A DNA stretch of 64,000 nt from an uncultured Pirellulaceae bacterium (lineage in GTDB: Bacteria > Planctomycetota > Planctomycetia > Pirellulales > Pirellulaceae). Below the pieces are notes generated by a model that was not told where the DNA came from, made no database searches, and worked only from the letters and a program-made list of their open reading frames with translations. This document shows, piece after piece, positions 10,878 through 23,559 of this stretch. Made by a program: the position numbers and the translations under genes. The stretch lies in contig CALJOA010000073.1 of assembly GCA_937981585.1 (NCBI GenBank), forward strand, positions 811 to 64,810, in the 5' to 3' direction. Every line of letters begins with the position of its first letter. The first letter of the stretch is position 1.

Positions 10878-12335
10878 GTGTCAAAGCAAGACTCAATCTC
10901 GAAGCGGTTCTTTCGCAGCGCTTTCAGCGTACTCATGGCTCGAGTACTGGCGTTTGTTGCCGTGTTCGGATTCAACGCCCTGCTGGCACGGGCACTGGCC
11001 CCGAGCGATTTCGGACTATTTCTGCTGATGTTCAGCCTCGCAGGACTGGCATCTCTATTTGGTTGTGCCGGCCTTAACCGCGCGCTGGTCAAACGAATTG
11101 CTGAACTCGACGAAGACTCCAACCCCAAAGAAGTACGACGACTGGTCAACATCGGGTTTACTACGGGGCTGATCGGCGGAGCGCTTATTGGCTTGATTGC
11201 CGGGATTGCGACCTGCTTGCTTTTCCCCGCAGCCTCCGATGGAAGTGTTGCACCGTGGGTCATTGGAACTTTGCTGGCGGGAATCATTTGGCTCAGAACG
11301 ATTCACCTAGTGATGGCCGAAACAGCACGCGGGTTCCACGAGAAAACATGGTCCAACCTGTTCGGTAGCCCGGCAGGAGGCCCACTGCCTCACCTGGTAT
11401 TTCTGATTCTGCTGTTGCCCGCTTGGTACTGGCTTGAGCTCTCAACACTCGCCGGCGCATTGACGCTGTACCTTGTTTCGTTCGCTGTAACACTGCCGCC
11501 ACTGGTGATGCGTGTTTACTCAATGCGGATTCAAAACGATGAAAACTCAAACTCAAATCAAAACCTGAGCCGTTTGGGCGCTAGCCCCGGTTCCTCGAAC
11601 CCAACCGTGGCTAGCGCCAATACGGCTCAGGACTCGCTGATGTTGTTAGCGCTGCCGCTGATGTTCACCCAAACATTTGGGCTGACGATGTCGCAAGCCG
11701 ATGTTTGGTTAGCCGGTGCGTTGGCAATACCGGCTTCGCTGGCGATCTACTGCGCGGCCCAGCGGATGCTCGCGTTCCTAACGATTCCGCTGCAAATCGC
11801 CGGAACCGGAATCGTTTCGTTTGTTCCCGAACTGGTCGCAAAAAAAGAAACAAAACGGCTTCAAGAACTCGTCGGTTTAGCCGCAACGTTGGCAGGCATT
11901 CCGGGAATTCTCATCGGCATCGGGTTCCTGGTTTTTCCAGAATCAGTACTAACGTTCGCGTTTGGTGAGTATTACGCCGGTGGCGCAAACCTGCTTCGCA
12001 TTCTCGCCATCGGCCAGATCATTTGCATCTTCACTGGCCCTTGTGAAATCGTCTTGATGATGGCCGGGCACCAAAACAGAACACTGATCGTCAACATGGT
12101 TGCCGCCATCGCAATTTTTACGCTTGGCCCACTGGGGATCATCTACTTCGGCATGACCGGGCTGGCCGTGACCATCGCGACGATTACATCGTGCCAGAAT
12201 TTGGTGAACTGGTTCCTGGCCAAACGTTTGCTCGGTATCTCAACTCATGTCGGGGCGGTCGACCGTGCCGCCATCGCATCCACAGTTCAAAAGCTTCAAT
12301 CAATCCGGTCAGTCTCATCAACTCCAACTCACTAA
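10878..12335 (+). CDS. oligosaccharide flippase (Wzx/MOP family)
   Basis: About 12-14 TMs; LLARALAPSDFG N-terminal motif; EPS context. Confidence 0.85.
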   Translation: MSKQDSISKRFFRSAFSVLMARVLAFVAVFGFNALLARALAPSDFGLFLLMFSLAGLASLFGCAGLNRALVKRIAELDEDSNPKEVRRLVNIGFTTGLIGGALIGLIAGIATCLLFPAASDGSVAPWVIGTLLAGIIWLRTIHLVMAETARGFHEKTWSNLFGSPAGGPLPHLVFLILLLPAWYWLELSTLAGALTLYLVSFAVTLPPLVMRVYSMRIQNDENSNSNQNLSRLGASPGSSNPTVASANTAQDSLMLLALPLMFTQTFGLTMSQADVWLAGALAIPASLAIYCAAQRMLAFLTIPLQIAGTGIVSFVPELVAKKETKRLQELVGLAATLAGIPGILIGIGFLVFPESVLTFAFGEYYAGGANLLRILAIGQIICIFTGPCEIVLMMAGHQNRTLIVNMVAAIAIFTLGPLGIIYFGMTGLAVTIATITSCQNLVNWFLAKRLLGISTHVGAVDRAAIASTVQKLQSIRSVSSTPTH

Positions 12336-12351
12336 TTCGCTCGGATCTAAC

Positions 12352-13368
12352 ATGCTTACAACTCCAAGTCTATTCATTACCGGAGCGCCCAAATCAGGCA
12401 CCAGCGCCTTGGCTGCCTACTTGGCCAAGCATCCTGAGGTTTTCTTTTGCCAACCCAAAGAACCGTTCTACTGGTCATTCGATTATCCGGAAATGAAACG
12501 GAATCTGAACCTCGAAACGCTCAATGACTACTTGAACCTGTTCGCCGAAGCGACGGATCAACACACAGTCACCGGCGAAGGCTCAACCAACTACTTACGA
12601 TCAAACTGTGCAATTGAGAACATCCTCGAGTTCAACCCACAGGCGAAGATGATTGCGATGCTTCGAAACCCAGTCGAAGTCGTCCACGCCTACCATTCGG
12701 AAAACCTGTTTGCTCACTGGGAAGACGAACCCGATTTTGAAACGGCGTGGCGATTACAAGACGATCGTCTTCAGGGACGTCGCATTCCACGAGGCTGCCC
12801 TGCCATGCAGTTGTTGCAGTATCGTGAGATCGCGTCTTACTCAGAGCAAATCGAACGGCTGTTCAAACTCGTTCCGGCTCACCAGCGAAAGGTCATCATT
12901 TTTGACGACTTCAAGTCCGACACTCGTGCGGTGTTCAATCAAACCGTTGAGTTTCTGGACCTGCCTCCATTCGAAATGGAAACATTCGAGCGGGTCAACG
13001 CAGCCCACGGCCACAAAAGCAAACTGCTCGCCAAGCTCGTCTTGGATCCACCCGCTCCATTGAAACCAGTCGTCGAATCGCTGCGACATTTCTTGCGAAA
13101 GTTTCAGGGTGGAGTGATCGAGAAAGCCAAAATGGCAATGCGTTCCAAAGAACAGCGCAAACCAATGCGCCCAGAATTCAAATCCGAACTGGAAACCTAT
13201 TTTGCAGACGACGTCGAAAAGCTCTCGTCGTTGCTGGGCCGAGACCTGATGCACTGGGTCAACGCTGGGACATCGCCAAAGGCGGCCAATCGCCAACCTG
13301 TCTCCGAATCGCACGACACACAAACAAGCGACGCATGTGAAATAGTTGTCGCGGGAGGAAAGAACTGA
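12352..13368 (+). CDS. PAPS-dependent sulfotransferase
   Basis: GAPKSGTS 5'-PSB loop, KEP, EGST.YL, LRNP 3'-PB motif; ATG at 12352. Confidence 0.9.
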   Translation: MLTTPSLFITGAPKSGTSALAAYLAKHPEVFFCQPKEPFYWSFDYPEMKRNLNLETLNDYLNLFAEATDQHTVTGEGSTNYLRSNCAIENILEFNPQAKMIAMLRNPVEVVHAYHSENLFAHWEDEPDFETAWRLQDDRLQGRRIPRGCPAMQLLQYREIASYSEQIERLFKLVPAHQRKVIIFDDFKSDTRAVFNQTVEFLDLPPFEMETFERVNAAHGHKSKLLAKLVLDPPAPLKPVVESLRHFLRKFQGGVIEKAKMAMRSKEQRKPMRPEFKSELETYFADDVEKLSSLLGRDLMHWVNAGTSPKAANRQPVSESHDTQTSDACEIVVAGGKN

Positions 13369-14426
13369 TGAAAGTCTTACAAGTAGTCGCCGACGGTGCG
13401 CCTGGTGGCGGCACCAATCATGTGATGCAACTGTTGCGCGGAATGCGCAATGTCGATTGCGGTCTAGTAACCCAGAACGGTTCGTATTTGTTTCAGCAAG
13501 CATCAAAGCTGGGCATCCCGGTAATCGGCGGCGAGTTCTTTCGCAGTCGCCTCGACCGAAAAGCCGTCTCGACGATCAAGTCGGCGATTGGAAATTTTTC
13601 TCCCGATCTTGTGCATTGCCACGGCGGACGCGCGGCTTTCTTTCGTTCGTTCATCTCCAGCGCAATTCCGACAGTCTATACCGTTCACGGATTTCACTAC
13701 GCCAGGAAAGCGTTGATGCAAAAGTTCGTTGGTTGGGCGGCTGAATATTGGTCTATCCGAAGAACCGGACGAATCCTGTTCGTTTGTGACCACGACAAAC
13801 AGTTGGCCGACGATTCATACCTAATGCCATCAGACAAACAGTACAAAGTCGTTTACAACGGGATCAAAGCGCTTCAGCCACGCCCCAAAACCAAGGATTA
13901 CGGTATCGGTTTCGTTGGCAGGTTTGTGTATCAGAAGCATCCGGAGCTGTTCGTCAAAATGATGGAGCAGCTTCCCGGCATGAGAGCCGTCATGGTTGGC
14001 GGTGGAGATTTGGATGATGTTGTCCGAGACGAAATCAAGAATCGCGGTCTGGCAGATCGCATCACGTTGCTGGGTTCACTGGATCACGAATCCGCTTTGG
14101 AGGTTCTTTCGCAATTGGACATGCTTGTCATGACGCCGCGATGGGAAGGGCTTCCCTTGCTTCCTCTGGAATCAATGTTCATGAACGTGCCTGTCGTTTC
14201 CACTGCGACCGGTGGCATTCCAGAAGTCATCACTCATCGAGAGACTGGTTTACTTTCACAGAACGAAGACGCCGATGAACTGGCGGCATTGGTCAAAGAG
14301 TTGTCGTCCGATGATGAGCTTCGCAACTCCATCATCACCAACGCCAATCGTATCGCTCACGAACGATTTTCTCAGGAAGCGATGCTCGCCCAAATCGAGC
14401 AGTGCTACGAAGAACTGCACGCGTAG
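13368..14426 (+). CDS. GT4 family glycosyltransferase
   Basis: MKVLQV..GGG, HCH, TVHG, GRFVYQK, WEGLPLLPLESM motifs; start overlaps upstream stop. Confidence 0.9.
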   Translation: MKVLQVVADGAPGGGTNHVMQLLRGMRNVDCGLVTQNGSYLFQQASKLGIPVIGGEFFRSRLDRKAVSTIKSAIGNFSPDLVHCHGGRAAFFRSFISSAIPTVYTVHGFHYARKALMQKFVGWAAEYWSIRRTGRILFVCDHDKQLADDSYLMPSDKQYKVVYNGIKALQPRPKTKDYGIGFVGRFVYQKHPELFVKMMEQLPGMRAVMVGGGDLDDVVRDEIKNRGLADRITLLGSLDHESALEVLSQLDMLVMTPRWEGLPLLPLESMFMNVPVVSTATGGIPEVITHRETGLLSQNEDADELAALVKELSSDDELRNSIITNANRIAHERFSQEAMLAQIEQCYEELHA

Positions 14427-14464
14427 TAGACCTGCGTTTCAGTTGAAGTAAGTTTAGCCTCAAT

Positions 14465-14572
14465 GGTAAACCGACACGTAAGCCGATAACCCATGCTGAC
14501 GCATGGGGCTACATCCTGTCGCCTCTTCGAGGCTGGCAATGTGCAACTTCAAAACGCACGCGTCAGGTTACC
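14465..14572. repeat. composite REP-like element
   Basis: Outer imperfect IR GGTAAACCGACACGT/ACGCGTCAGGTTACC with inner hairpins CCCATGC-TGAC-GCATGGG and GCCTC-TTC-GAGGC; inner 49 bp recurs inverted at 17421. Confidence 0.6.
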
Positions 14573-14653
14573 AGTCATTGAATACCAATTGCCGCTGTTC
14601 GCTGGCCAGTCATTGAATCCCGACGCCACCGACAAGCAAGCTCAATCCCAACC

Positions 14654-14696
14654 AAAAAAGCCCGTCAGCAATTCAATTGCCGACGGGCTTTGTTTT
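14654..14696. terminator. bidirectional rho-independent terminator
   Basis: AAAAAAGCCCGTCAGCAATT-C-AATTGCCGACGGGCTTTGTTTT hairpin with A/T tails, between convergent GT4 and katG. Confidence 0.8.
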
Positions 14697-14741
14697 CTCT
14701 CCACTGGTTTAGAAACCAGCAGTTGCCTTCAATCGAAGTGA

Positions 14742-17237
<2,496 letters not shown>

Positions 17238-17420
17238 TTAATTTGTCGGATCTCAGGAGCGCAAAGGTTACACCATTGATAAGCATTTGTGAAGCATAAA
17301 GCCGTCAGCGATAAGTGAAACGAATGACTGATATCCGCGATTCAAATACCAATCTCAGCAAACCTGAATTACGGTTGTCGATCCGCCCCAAATCAGGCAA
17401 CCGTTGATCCGAGGAGCAAG

Positions 17421-17466
17421 GTTTTGAAGTCACACTATTGGCCTCAAAGAGGCAAAGGATGTAGCC
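17421..17466. repeat. inverted copy of the 14507-14555 repeat
   Basis: Reverse complement GGCTACATCCTTTGCCTCTTTGAGGCCAATAGTGTGACTTCAAAAC aligns with GGCTACATCCTGTCGCCTCTTCGAGGCTGGCAATGTGCAACTTCAAAAC. Confidence 0.7.
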
Positions 17467-17490
17467 ACCGTAGAATGAAACCAGAATTTC

Positions 17491-17521
17491 TATTCGCGTT
17501 TATTAGCGTTCATTCGCGGTT
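17491..17521. repeat. 3 x 10-bp tandem repeat (YATTMGCGTT type)
   Basis: TATTCGCGTT TATTAGCGTT CATTCGCGGTT; related array at 37313-37343. Confidence 0.6.
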
Positions 17522-17686
17522 AAAAATTCGGCAATCATTTTCACGCGAGCGGGCACCTCGATAACGATGCACCTCACGAAACCCTAGAACGCTTATCAAT
17601 GGAACATCTCGACTCACGTCAAAGACATTTCAAATGACGAAATGGAAAAACGTGCGCAACGATGGCACGAGTCGATGGGCCAATCG

Positions 17687-19168
17687 CTAGGCTAGAATCT
17701 CTTCAATCACGTGCGCTTCTTTCACACCGGTTAGCTTTTGATTGAGGCCCTGGAACGGCACGAAGAACTTTTTGTGATCAAATCCGAGCAAGTGCAACAG
17801 TGTCGCATGAAAGTCGCGTAGTTGGACCGGATTGGTCACCGCGTTGTAGCCGACTTCGTCAGTTTCGCCGTACGTCATCCCGGGTTTGATTCCGGCACCC
17901 GCCATCCAGATCGTAAAGGCAGATGGGTTGTGATCCCGGCCGACAAATTTCATTTCTGTACCACCACGATTCTCACGCATTGGCGTGCGGCCAAATTCGC
18001 CGCTCCAAACGACCAAGGTGTCGTCCAGCAGATTGTGATCTTTCAAATCGGCAAGCAACGCCGCGACAGGCTTGTCCATGTCGCTGCACTTCTTTTTGAA
18101 CCCTTCATTGATTGCTTCGCTTTTACTCGCCCCGTGAGAGTCCCAACCCCAATCGTACAACTGAATGAAACGAACGCCTTCTTGCGCCATTCGCCGGGCG
18201 AGCAAACAATTGTTGGCCAGCGAAGTTTTACCCGGTTTGGCACCGTACATTTCAAGCGTTTTTTTCGACTCCTTCGTGATGTCCATCGCTTCAGGGACCG
18301 CAGCCTGCATTTTGAAGGCCATCTCGTACTGCTCAATCCGCGTCAGAGTTTCAGGATCACCAAACTGATCATAAGACTTTTTATTCATCCGCCTGAGCGT
18401 ATCGAGCATCGCGCGTCGATGATCGCGAGTCGTCCCTTTCGGGTCGGCGATGTTAAGGATCGGGCTTCCTTTGGACCGGCATTGCACTCCCTGGTATACC
18501 GACGGCAAGAAACCGCCACTCCAAAGCGCCTTACCAACTCGCGGCAGTCGTCCTCCTGACAACAGGACCATAAACCCGGGCAAGTTCTCATTCTCGGTTC
18601 CCATTCCATAGGTCACCCATGATCCGATCGACGGATATCCCAACCGTGGCTGCCCCGTGTGCACCATCAACTGAGCCGGACCATGATTGAACTGATCGGT
18701 TTGCATTGACTTGATAAAGCAAATATCGTCAGCATGCTTAGCAAGATGAGGCAAGCGATCCGAAAACCAGGCACCACTTTCGCCATGTTGCTTGAACGGA
18801 AACTGGTGCCCAAGCATCTTTGGCGTGCCTTGAATAAACGCAAATCGCTTGCCTTCGAGAAAACTCTGCGGACAGTTTTCCCCGTCAAGCCGCTTTAAAT
18901 CAGGTTTGAAATCGAAGAGCTCTAACTGGCTTGGCGCACCGATCATGTGAAGAAAGATGACCCGCTTCACCTTGGCGGGAATTCGAACCGAATGCGGGTC
19001 GTCGTCTGTTGCCAACAACGGAACTGATGCGGACGCCTGATTCTGTCCGCTTTGCATTCCCAGCCACATAGCGCCTAGGCCCGTTGCGCAGCCTTGCAAG
19101 AAATGACGGCGGGTCGTCTGTGCAAGCTGCCGCGAGAACATTTCAGTTGAAAGTGATCGACGATTCAT
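17687..19168 (-). CDS. DUF1501 domain protein (Tat-exported, planctomycete-typical)
   Basis: TRRHFL Tat motif; GAPSQLELFDFKP, WDSH, GEFGRTP, GRDH motifs. Confidence 0.92.
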   Translation of the reverse strand: MNRRSLSTEMFSRQLAQTTRRHFLQGCATGLGAMWLGMQSGQNQASASVPLLATDDDPHSVRIPAKVKRVIFLHMIGAPSQLELFDFKPDLKRLDGENCPQSFLEGKRFAFIQGTPKMLGHQFPFKQHGESGAWFSDRLPHLAKHADDICFIKSMQTDQFNHGPAQLMVHTGQPRLGYPSIGSWVTYGMGTENENLPGFMVLLSGGRLPRVGKALWSGGFLPSVYQGVQCRSKGSPILNIADPKGTTRDHRRAMLDTLRRMNKKSYDQFGDPETLTRIEQYEMAFKMQAAVPEAMDITKESKKTLEMYGAKPGKTSLANNCLLARRMAQEGVRFIQLYDWGWDSHGASKSEAINEGFKKKCSDMDKPVAALLADLKDHNLLDDTLVVWSGEFGRTPMRENRGGTEMKFVGRDHNPSAFTIWMAGAGIKPGMTYGETDEVGYNAVTNPVQLRDFHATLLHLLGFDHKKFFVPFQGLNQKLTGVKEAHVIEEILA

Positions 19169-22100
19169 TTTGTAAGTACCTCATCAAGATTCAACAGAAC
19201 ACTGGCAAGCGTCTGGTAACCCCTGGTTTTGTCATCGGCATAAGAATCCAGCAACATGACCAACTCGTTAACCTCAGATTCAGTTGGCTCGCGGCAAGTC
19301 GCAGACGTAAAAGCCAGTTTAACCTGCTGCTGCGGTTCTTTTGCCGATTCCTGAATTTGTTTGGCAAACGCCTCAAAACACTCAACGAACGTTTCGTCGT
19401 TGAGTGTCGTCAAGGCATGAGTCGGAGTGTTGGACCGCAATCGACGCGGCGCGTTCACTTCTCGCGATGGGCAATCAAAGGCCGCAAACATCGGATAGGG
19501 AATACTTCGCTTGGTATAAGTGTAAATCGACTTGCGATAGCGATCTTCTGAATCACGCTTTGGCGTCTCCCACTTGTCTTTACCTGAAAATGGAGTCCAG
19601 ACACCGGCAGGGATCGGGGGATGGACGGGCTTGCCGTACATTTTAGTCTGCAACAATCCAGAAATCGCAAGCGCCTGATCGCGAATCGTTTCGGCTGGCA
19701 ACCGATGTCGCGGCCCTCGCGCGAGCAGACGGTTGTTAGGATCTCGCTCCAGCAACTCGGGACGTACAACGGAGCTTTGACGATACGTTCGAGATAGTAC
19801 CAATTCTTTCAAAAGCTCTTTTTGCTTCCATCCAAAATCACCTTGAAACTTTACCGCCAAATGATCGAGCAGCTTTGGATGAGACGGAAGATCACCTGAT
19901 GAACCAAAATCCTCTTCGGTAGCAACCAAACCAACCCCGAACAACCTGGCCCATACGCGATTGACCGCCACGCGCGACGTCAACGGATTCTCACCGCTGA
20001 CTAACCACTTCGCCATCGCCAAGCGGTTCGCCGGGAGGTTTTTGGGCATTGGCGCAAACGACGCCGGAGTGCTCGGCTGGACTTGTTTGTCTTTGGTCAA
20101 AAACAGACCGCGAATAAAAACGTGCTGCGGTCTTGAAAGATGTTCCGGTCGCTCTCGCAAGACCGGCACGGAAGTCGATTTGATCTTCCTCCGATTTGCT
20201 TTCAATTTCGAAAGCTTGCCTTTGAGACTATTCAACTGCTTGTCGGTCAGCAGATCTGAAAAGTCTTTCGAATCCGAAACCGCCAAGTGGCCGCGGCGAG
20301 CAATGAGGGGAAACGCACCCAAAGCAAGAATCCGATGCTTGAGCACAACCTGCAGCTTTGCCCCGGCAGGCACCTCAAGTGGCTCTTTGAGAATCAAAGC
20401 CGCCGATCGAGCTGCAAAAATTCGAGTGTAGGCCGAAAAACCGACATTGGATTTCGGGTTCAAACTTCCATTGGGGTCGTGAAATGGCATTGGCTCATCA
20501 CCGACTATTCTCCCTATCTCAATTGGCTGCGGCGTTTTGTTATCCGGCAAAATCAAGCGAGCTTCGAGATGCGAAACCACGAATCCCCACTCAGAATCGG
20601 TCGCGGCCTTTTCCGAATCCAACGGCAAAGCCGTAAAACGAATCGCCGTCAACTGCTTGAGACCATCTGGAACAGGTGCAGTCAAAGTAAATTGAGTACC
20701 CTTGGTCACCGTGTCCACGGTTCGGTACTCATCTCGATTGGCAACCGTTTTTACGACAACTTTGGTCTGATTGTTGGTCTTTGCCATCAGACCAGTCAGC
20801 GGTTGCCAATTCTTGTCCTTGGACACGGCTGAAAATTGCCGCTCCCAAATTTCAGTCTTCACCGATTCGAATTCGCGGTCGAGCTTGGCCGCACTTTCGT
20901 ACTGCGACGAATCAATCGGTGCGCTAACAACAGGCCATTCTTCGTTGAGATCGCTGTCCTGAGTGTTATTAAAAAATCCAGCGAACTGATAAAACTCCTC
21001 ATGCCGAATTGGATCGTAAGGATGGGCGTGACACTGAGTGCACCCAAATGTTATTCCCTGCCACGCTTGCCAAGTCGTATTGACGCGATCAAGCACAGCA
21101 GCCACGCGAAACTCCTCGTCATCAGTGCCCCCCTCTTCATTGGACTGTGTCAAACGATGAACTGCCGTGGCGATTAAGTCTTCCATCTCGGCGTCGGGCA
21201 ACAGGTCGCCGGCAATCTGCTTGACCGTAAACTCATCGTAAGCCAAATCTTTATTGAGCGCGTCGATGACCCAATCGCGATACTTCCAGATATTCCGCCG
21301 TCCATCGACGCCCAGGCCTTTTGAATCGGCATAGCGCACTTGGTCCAGCCAAACACTGGCCCACCGCTCGCCGTAGGCGGGTAGCGCTAGCAAACGATCG
21401 ACTTCATCGGCGTAGACTGAGTTCTTCTGCCCCGCTGTCTTACTCTCTGCAATACGACTGAGAAAGTCTTCCCGCTCCTGAAGCGTCGGAGGCAAGCCCG
21501 TCAAATCCAGGCTCACCCGCCGCAACCAACGCGCCGGCTGAGCATCGGGAGACGGTTTGATATTTTCCTTTTCCAGTCGACTCAGAACGAACGGATCAAT
21601 CGACGTTGTAGCCCATTTCGGATCACTTACCTTCGGAACGTCAGCGTTCTTAGGTTTCTCGAACGCCCAGTGTGTTTTCCAATCCGCTCCCTGCTCGATC
21701 CACTTTTTCAGCGTCTCAATTTCCTGTTTTGACAACGGCGGCCCATGTTCAGGAGGCGGCATTCGCTCGTCAGGATCGTCGGAGATAACACGCTCAAACA
21801 GGACTGAATCTTCGAGATCGCCGGCTTCAGCAGTCCAACTTGCCTCCTCCGGATAGACGAACGACAGACCTGCGGCTTGCTTTACCCCGCCATGACATCC
21901 GGTGCAATGCTTGGTCAAAATCGGACGAACGTCACGATTGAACATGACGACACCTTCTTCGCCGACAACGTCACCAACTTGAACCGCATTGAGCTGACCG
22001 ACGCAATCCAGACAACAGTAAATAGTTGCCAGTGCAATGAACGAAAATAATCTTGAATGAAGCATGCTCGGTAATTTGATGGTCATAGCTGCCGAGGAAA

Positions 22101-22170
22101 TGTGATAGATCGTAGAAAACGAATTGGAAATCAATGTGCTCTTTGGCCCGTCTCGAAAATGTTTTTGCAC
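19165..22170 (-). CDS. PSD1/planctomycete cytochrome c domain protein (DUF1549 + DUF1553)
   Basis: FNRDVRPIL..HCTGCH, HWAF, LRRVSLDLTGLPPT, YGERWA, CTQCH, NPLTSRVAVNRVW, SHPKLLDHLA. Start may be ATG 22086. Confidence 0.92.
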   Translation of the reverse strand: MQKHFRDGPKSTLISNSFSTIYHISSAAMTIKLPSMLHSRLFSFIALATIYCCLDCVGQLNAVQVGDVVGEEGVVMFNRDVRPILTKHCTGCHGGVKQAAGLSFVYPEEASWTAEAGDLEDSVLFERVISDDPDERMPPPEHGPPLSKQEIETLKKWIEQGADWKTHWAFEKPKNADVPKVSDPKWATTSIDPFVLSRLEKENIKPSPDAQPARWLRRVSLDLTGLPPTLQEREDFLSRIAESKTAGQKNSVYADEVDRLLALPAYGERWASVWLDQVRYADSKGLGVDGRRNIWKYRDWVIDALNKDLAYDEFTVKQIAGDLLPDAEMEDLIATAVHRLTQSNEEGGTDDEEFRVAAVLDRVNTTWQAWQGITFGCTQCHAHPYDPIRHEEFYQFAGFFNNTQDSDLNEEWPVVSAPIDSSQYESAAKLDREFESVKTEIWERQFSAVSKDKNWQPLTGLMAKTNNQTKVVVKTVANRDEYRTVDTVTKGTQFTLTAPVPDGLKQLTAIRFTALPLDSEKAATDSEWGFVVSHLEARLILPDNKTPQPIEIGRIVGDEPMPFHDPNGSLNPKSNVGFSAYTRIFAARSAALILKEPLEVPAGAKLQVVLKHRILALGAFPLIARRGHLAVSDSKDFSDLLTDKQLNSLKGKLSKLKANRRKIKSTSVPVLRERPEHLSRPQHVFIRGLFLTKDKQVQPSTPASFAPMPKNLPANRLAMAKWLVSGENPLTSRVAVNRVWARLFGVGLVATEEDFGSSGDLPSHPKLLDHLAVKFQGDFGWKQKELLKELVLSRTYRQSSVVRPELLERDPNNRLLARGPRHRLPAETIRDQALAISGLLQTKMYGKPVHPPIPAGVWTPFSGKDKWETPKRDSEDRYRKSIYTYTKRSIPYPMFAAFDCPSREVNAPRRLRSNTPTHALTTLNDETFVECFEAFAKQIQESAKEPQQQVKLAFTSATCREPTESEVNELVMLLDSYADDKTRGYQTLASVLLNLDEVLTK

Positions 22171-22399
22171 CTAGCTCTTCTAAGTGATGTCGAAATCGGC
22201 GATTTTCCAGCAATCTATTATAGCTCAAAGCCATCCAATGGCAGAGGCAAATTAAAGGCGAACGGAAAATGGACTCGTGATTATGAGGTTCATCGCACCA
22301 AAACATGAACGTTCTTGAATTCTAGATAGCTGTCACACTGAGATTGGATAAACTAAGGATCGGCTGGAAACCGGTCCCGTTTTGCTGGCGAGCTACGAA

Positions 22400-22657
22400 A
22401 TGAAGAAACACCAATGGCGCGAAAAAACCGAAGAAGGCGAGACTCGTTTGGTGACCGCCACGCGACACGGCGGAAAATGGAGGCTTCAGTCTCGTCTCAA
22501 ATCTGAATCCGAATGGACTGACTTTCCCGTCATTGAACTCGACGATCTCGAAACCCTTCACGATGTCATCTCCAGAAAGTATCAGCGCAACCGCGTGCCC
22601 CACAGTCATATCAAAGAAATCGAAGACCTGATCGCTGCCGCGCAACCCCCTCAATAG
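22400..22657 (+). CDS. small hypothetical protein
   Basis: Protein-like composition (WRLQS..W, RKYQR.R.P); co-oriented with the nitroreductase. Confidence 0.65.
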   Translation: MKKHQWREKTEEGETRLVTATRHGGKWRLQSRLKSESEWTDFPVIELDDLETLHDVISRKYQRNRVPHSHIKEIEDLIAAAQPPQ

Positions 22658-22711
22658 GTCGGTCCACTCAAACCTGAGCGGCGGACAATCTATCAATCTC
22701 CGAATCCCCAC

Positions 22712-23500
22712 ATGTCCGAAATCGAAAATTCTAGCGACAACATTTTTGAAAAGATCCCCGAGACAAAGTACGTTGAACCGGGAATCCAAACCAACGCTGC
22801 TGAATTCGAGAAAGTGGTGCGGTCGCGGCGAAGCACACGGGTCTATTCGGACGAGCAAATTCCCGAGTCGGTCATGCGAAAATGCCTGGAACTGGCTACG
22901 CTCGCTCCCAATTCTTCAAACTTGCAATGCTGGGAGTTTTACTGGGTCCGTGAGGCAACCAGAAAAAAGGAACTGGTCAAACTGTGTCTTGGACAACCCG
23001 CTGCGGCAACAGCTCAAGAGTTGATCGTCTGCGTGGCCAGACTCGATACTTGGAAGCGAAATTCAAAGATGATGCTGAAACATCTGGTCGCCAACCAAGC
23101 CGATGTGCCAGAATCAAAACTGCACTATCACCGCAAGATCGTCCCTCTGGCCTACGGGCACGGCCCGTTTTACATTCTTGGTCCGCTGAAGAAACTGTTG
23201 ATTGCGGTCATGGGCATCGCTCGTATCGTACCGCGAGGACCGGCGGGTAAAGCCGACATGCGCGTTTGGGCTCACAAGTCCACGGCGCTGGCTTGCGAGA
23301 ATCTCATGCTCTCATTTCGAGCTTTTGGATTCGATAGCTGCCCAATGGAAGGCATGGACGAGCGAAGAATTCAAAAGCTTCTCCGCCTTCCACGTTCAGC
23401 AGAAGTTTGCATGGTCGTTTCGGCAGGCAAGCGTGCCAAGCATGGAGTCTACGACAAGCAATTTCGTTTCGACCAGTCGCTAATGGTCTTTGAAGTCTGA
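22712..23500 (+). CDS. nitroreductase family protein
   Basis: RRSTRVY, LAPNSSNLQCWEF, GFDSCPMEG motifs. Confidence 0.92.
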   Translation: MSEIENSSDNIFEKIPETKYVEPGIQTNAAEFEKVVRSRRSTRVYSDEQIPESVMRKCLELATLAPNSSNLQCWEFYWVREATRKKELVKLCLGQPAAATAQELIVCVARLDTWKRNSKMMLKHLVANQADVPESKLHYHRKIVPLAYGHGPFYILGPLKKLLIAVMGIARIVPRGPAGKADMRVWAHKSTALACENLMLSFRAFGFDSCPMEGMDERRIQKLLRLPRSAEVCMVVSAGKRAKHGVYDKQFRFDQSLMVFEV

Positions 23501-23559
23501 GCCGATCAATGCAGAGACAATGCGGAGATCATCTTTTTCGAAACCACAGTTTAGCGCCT

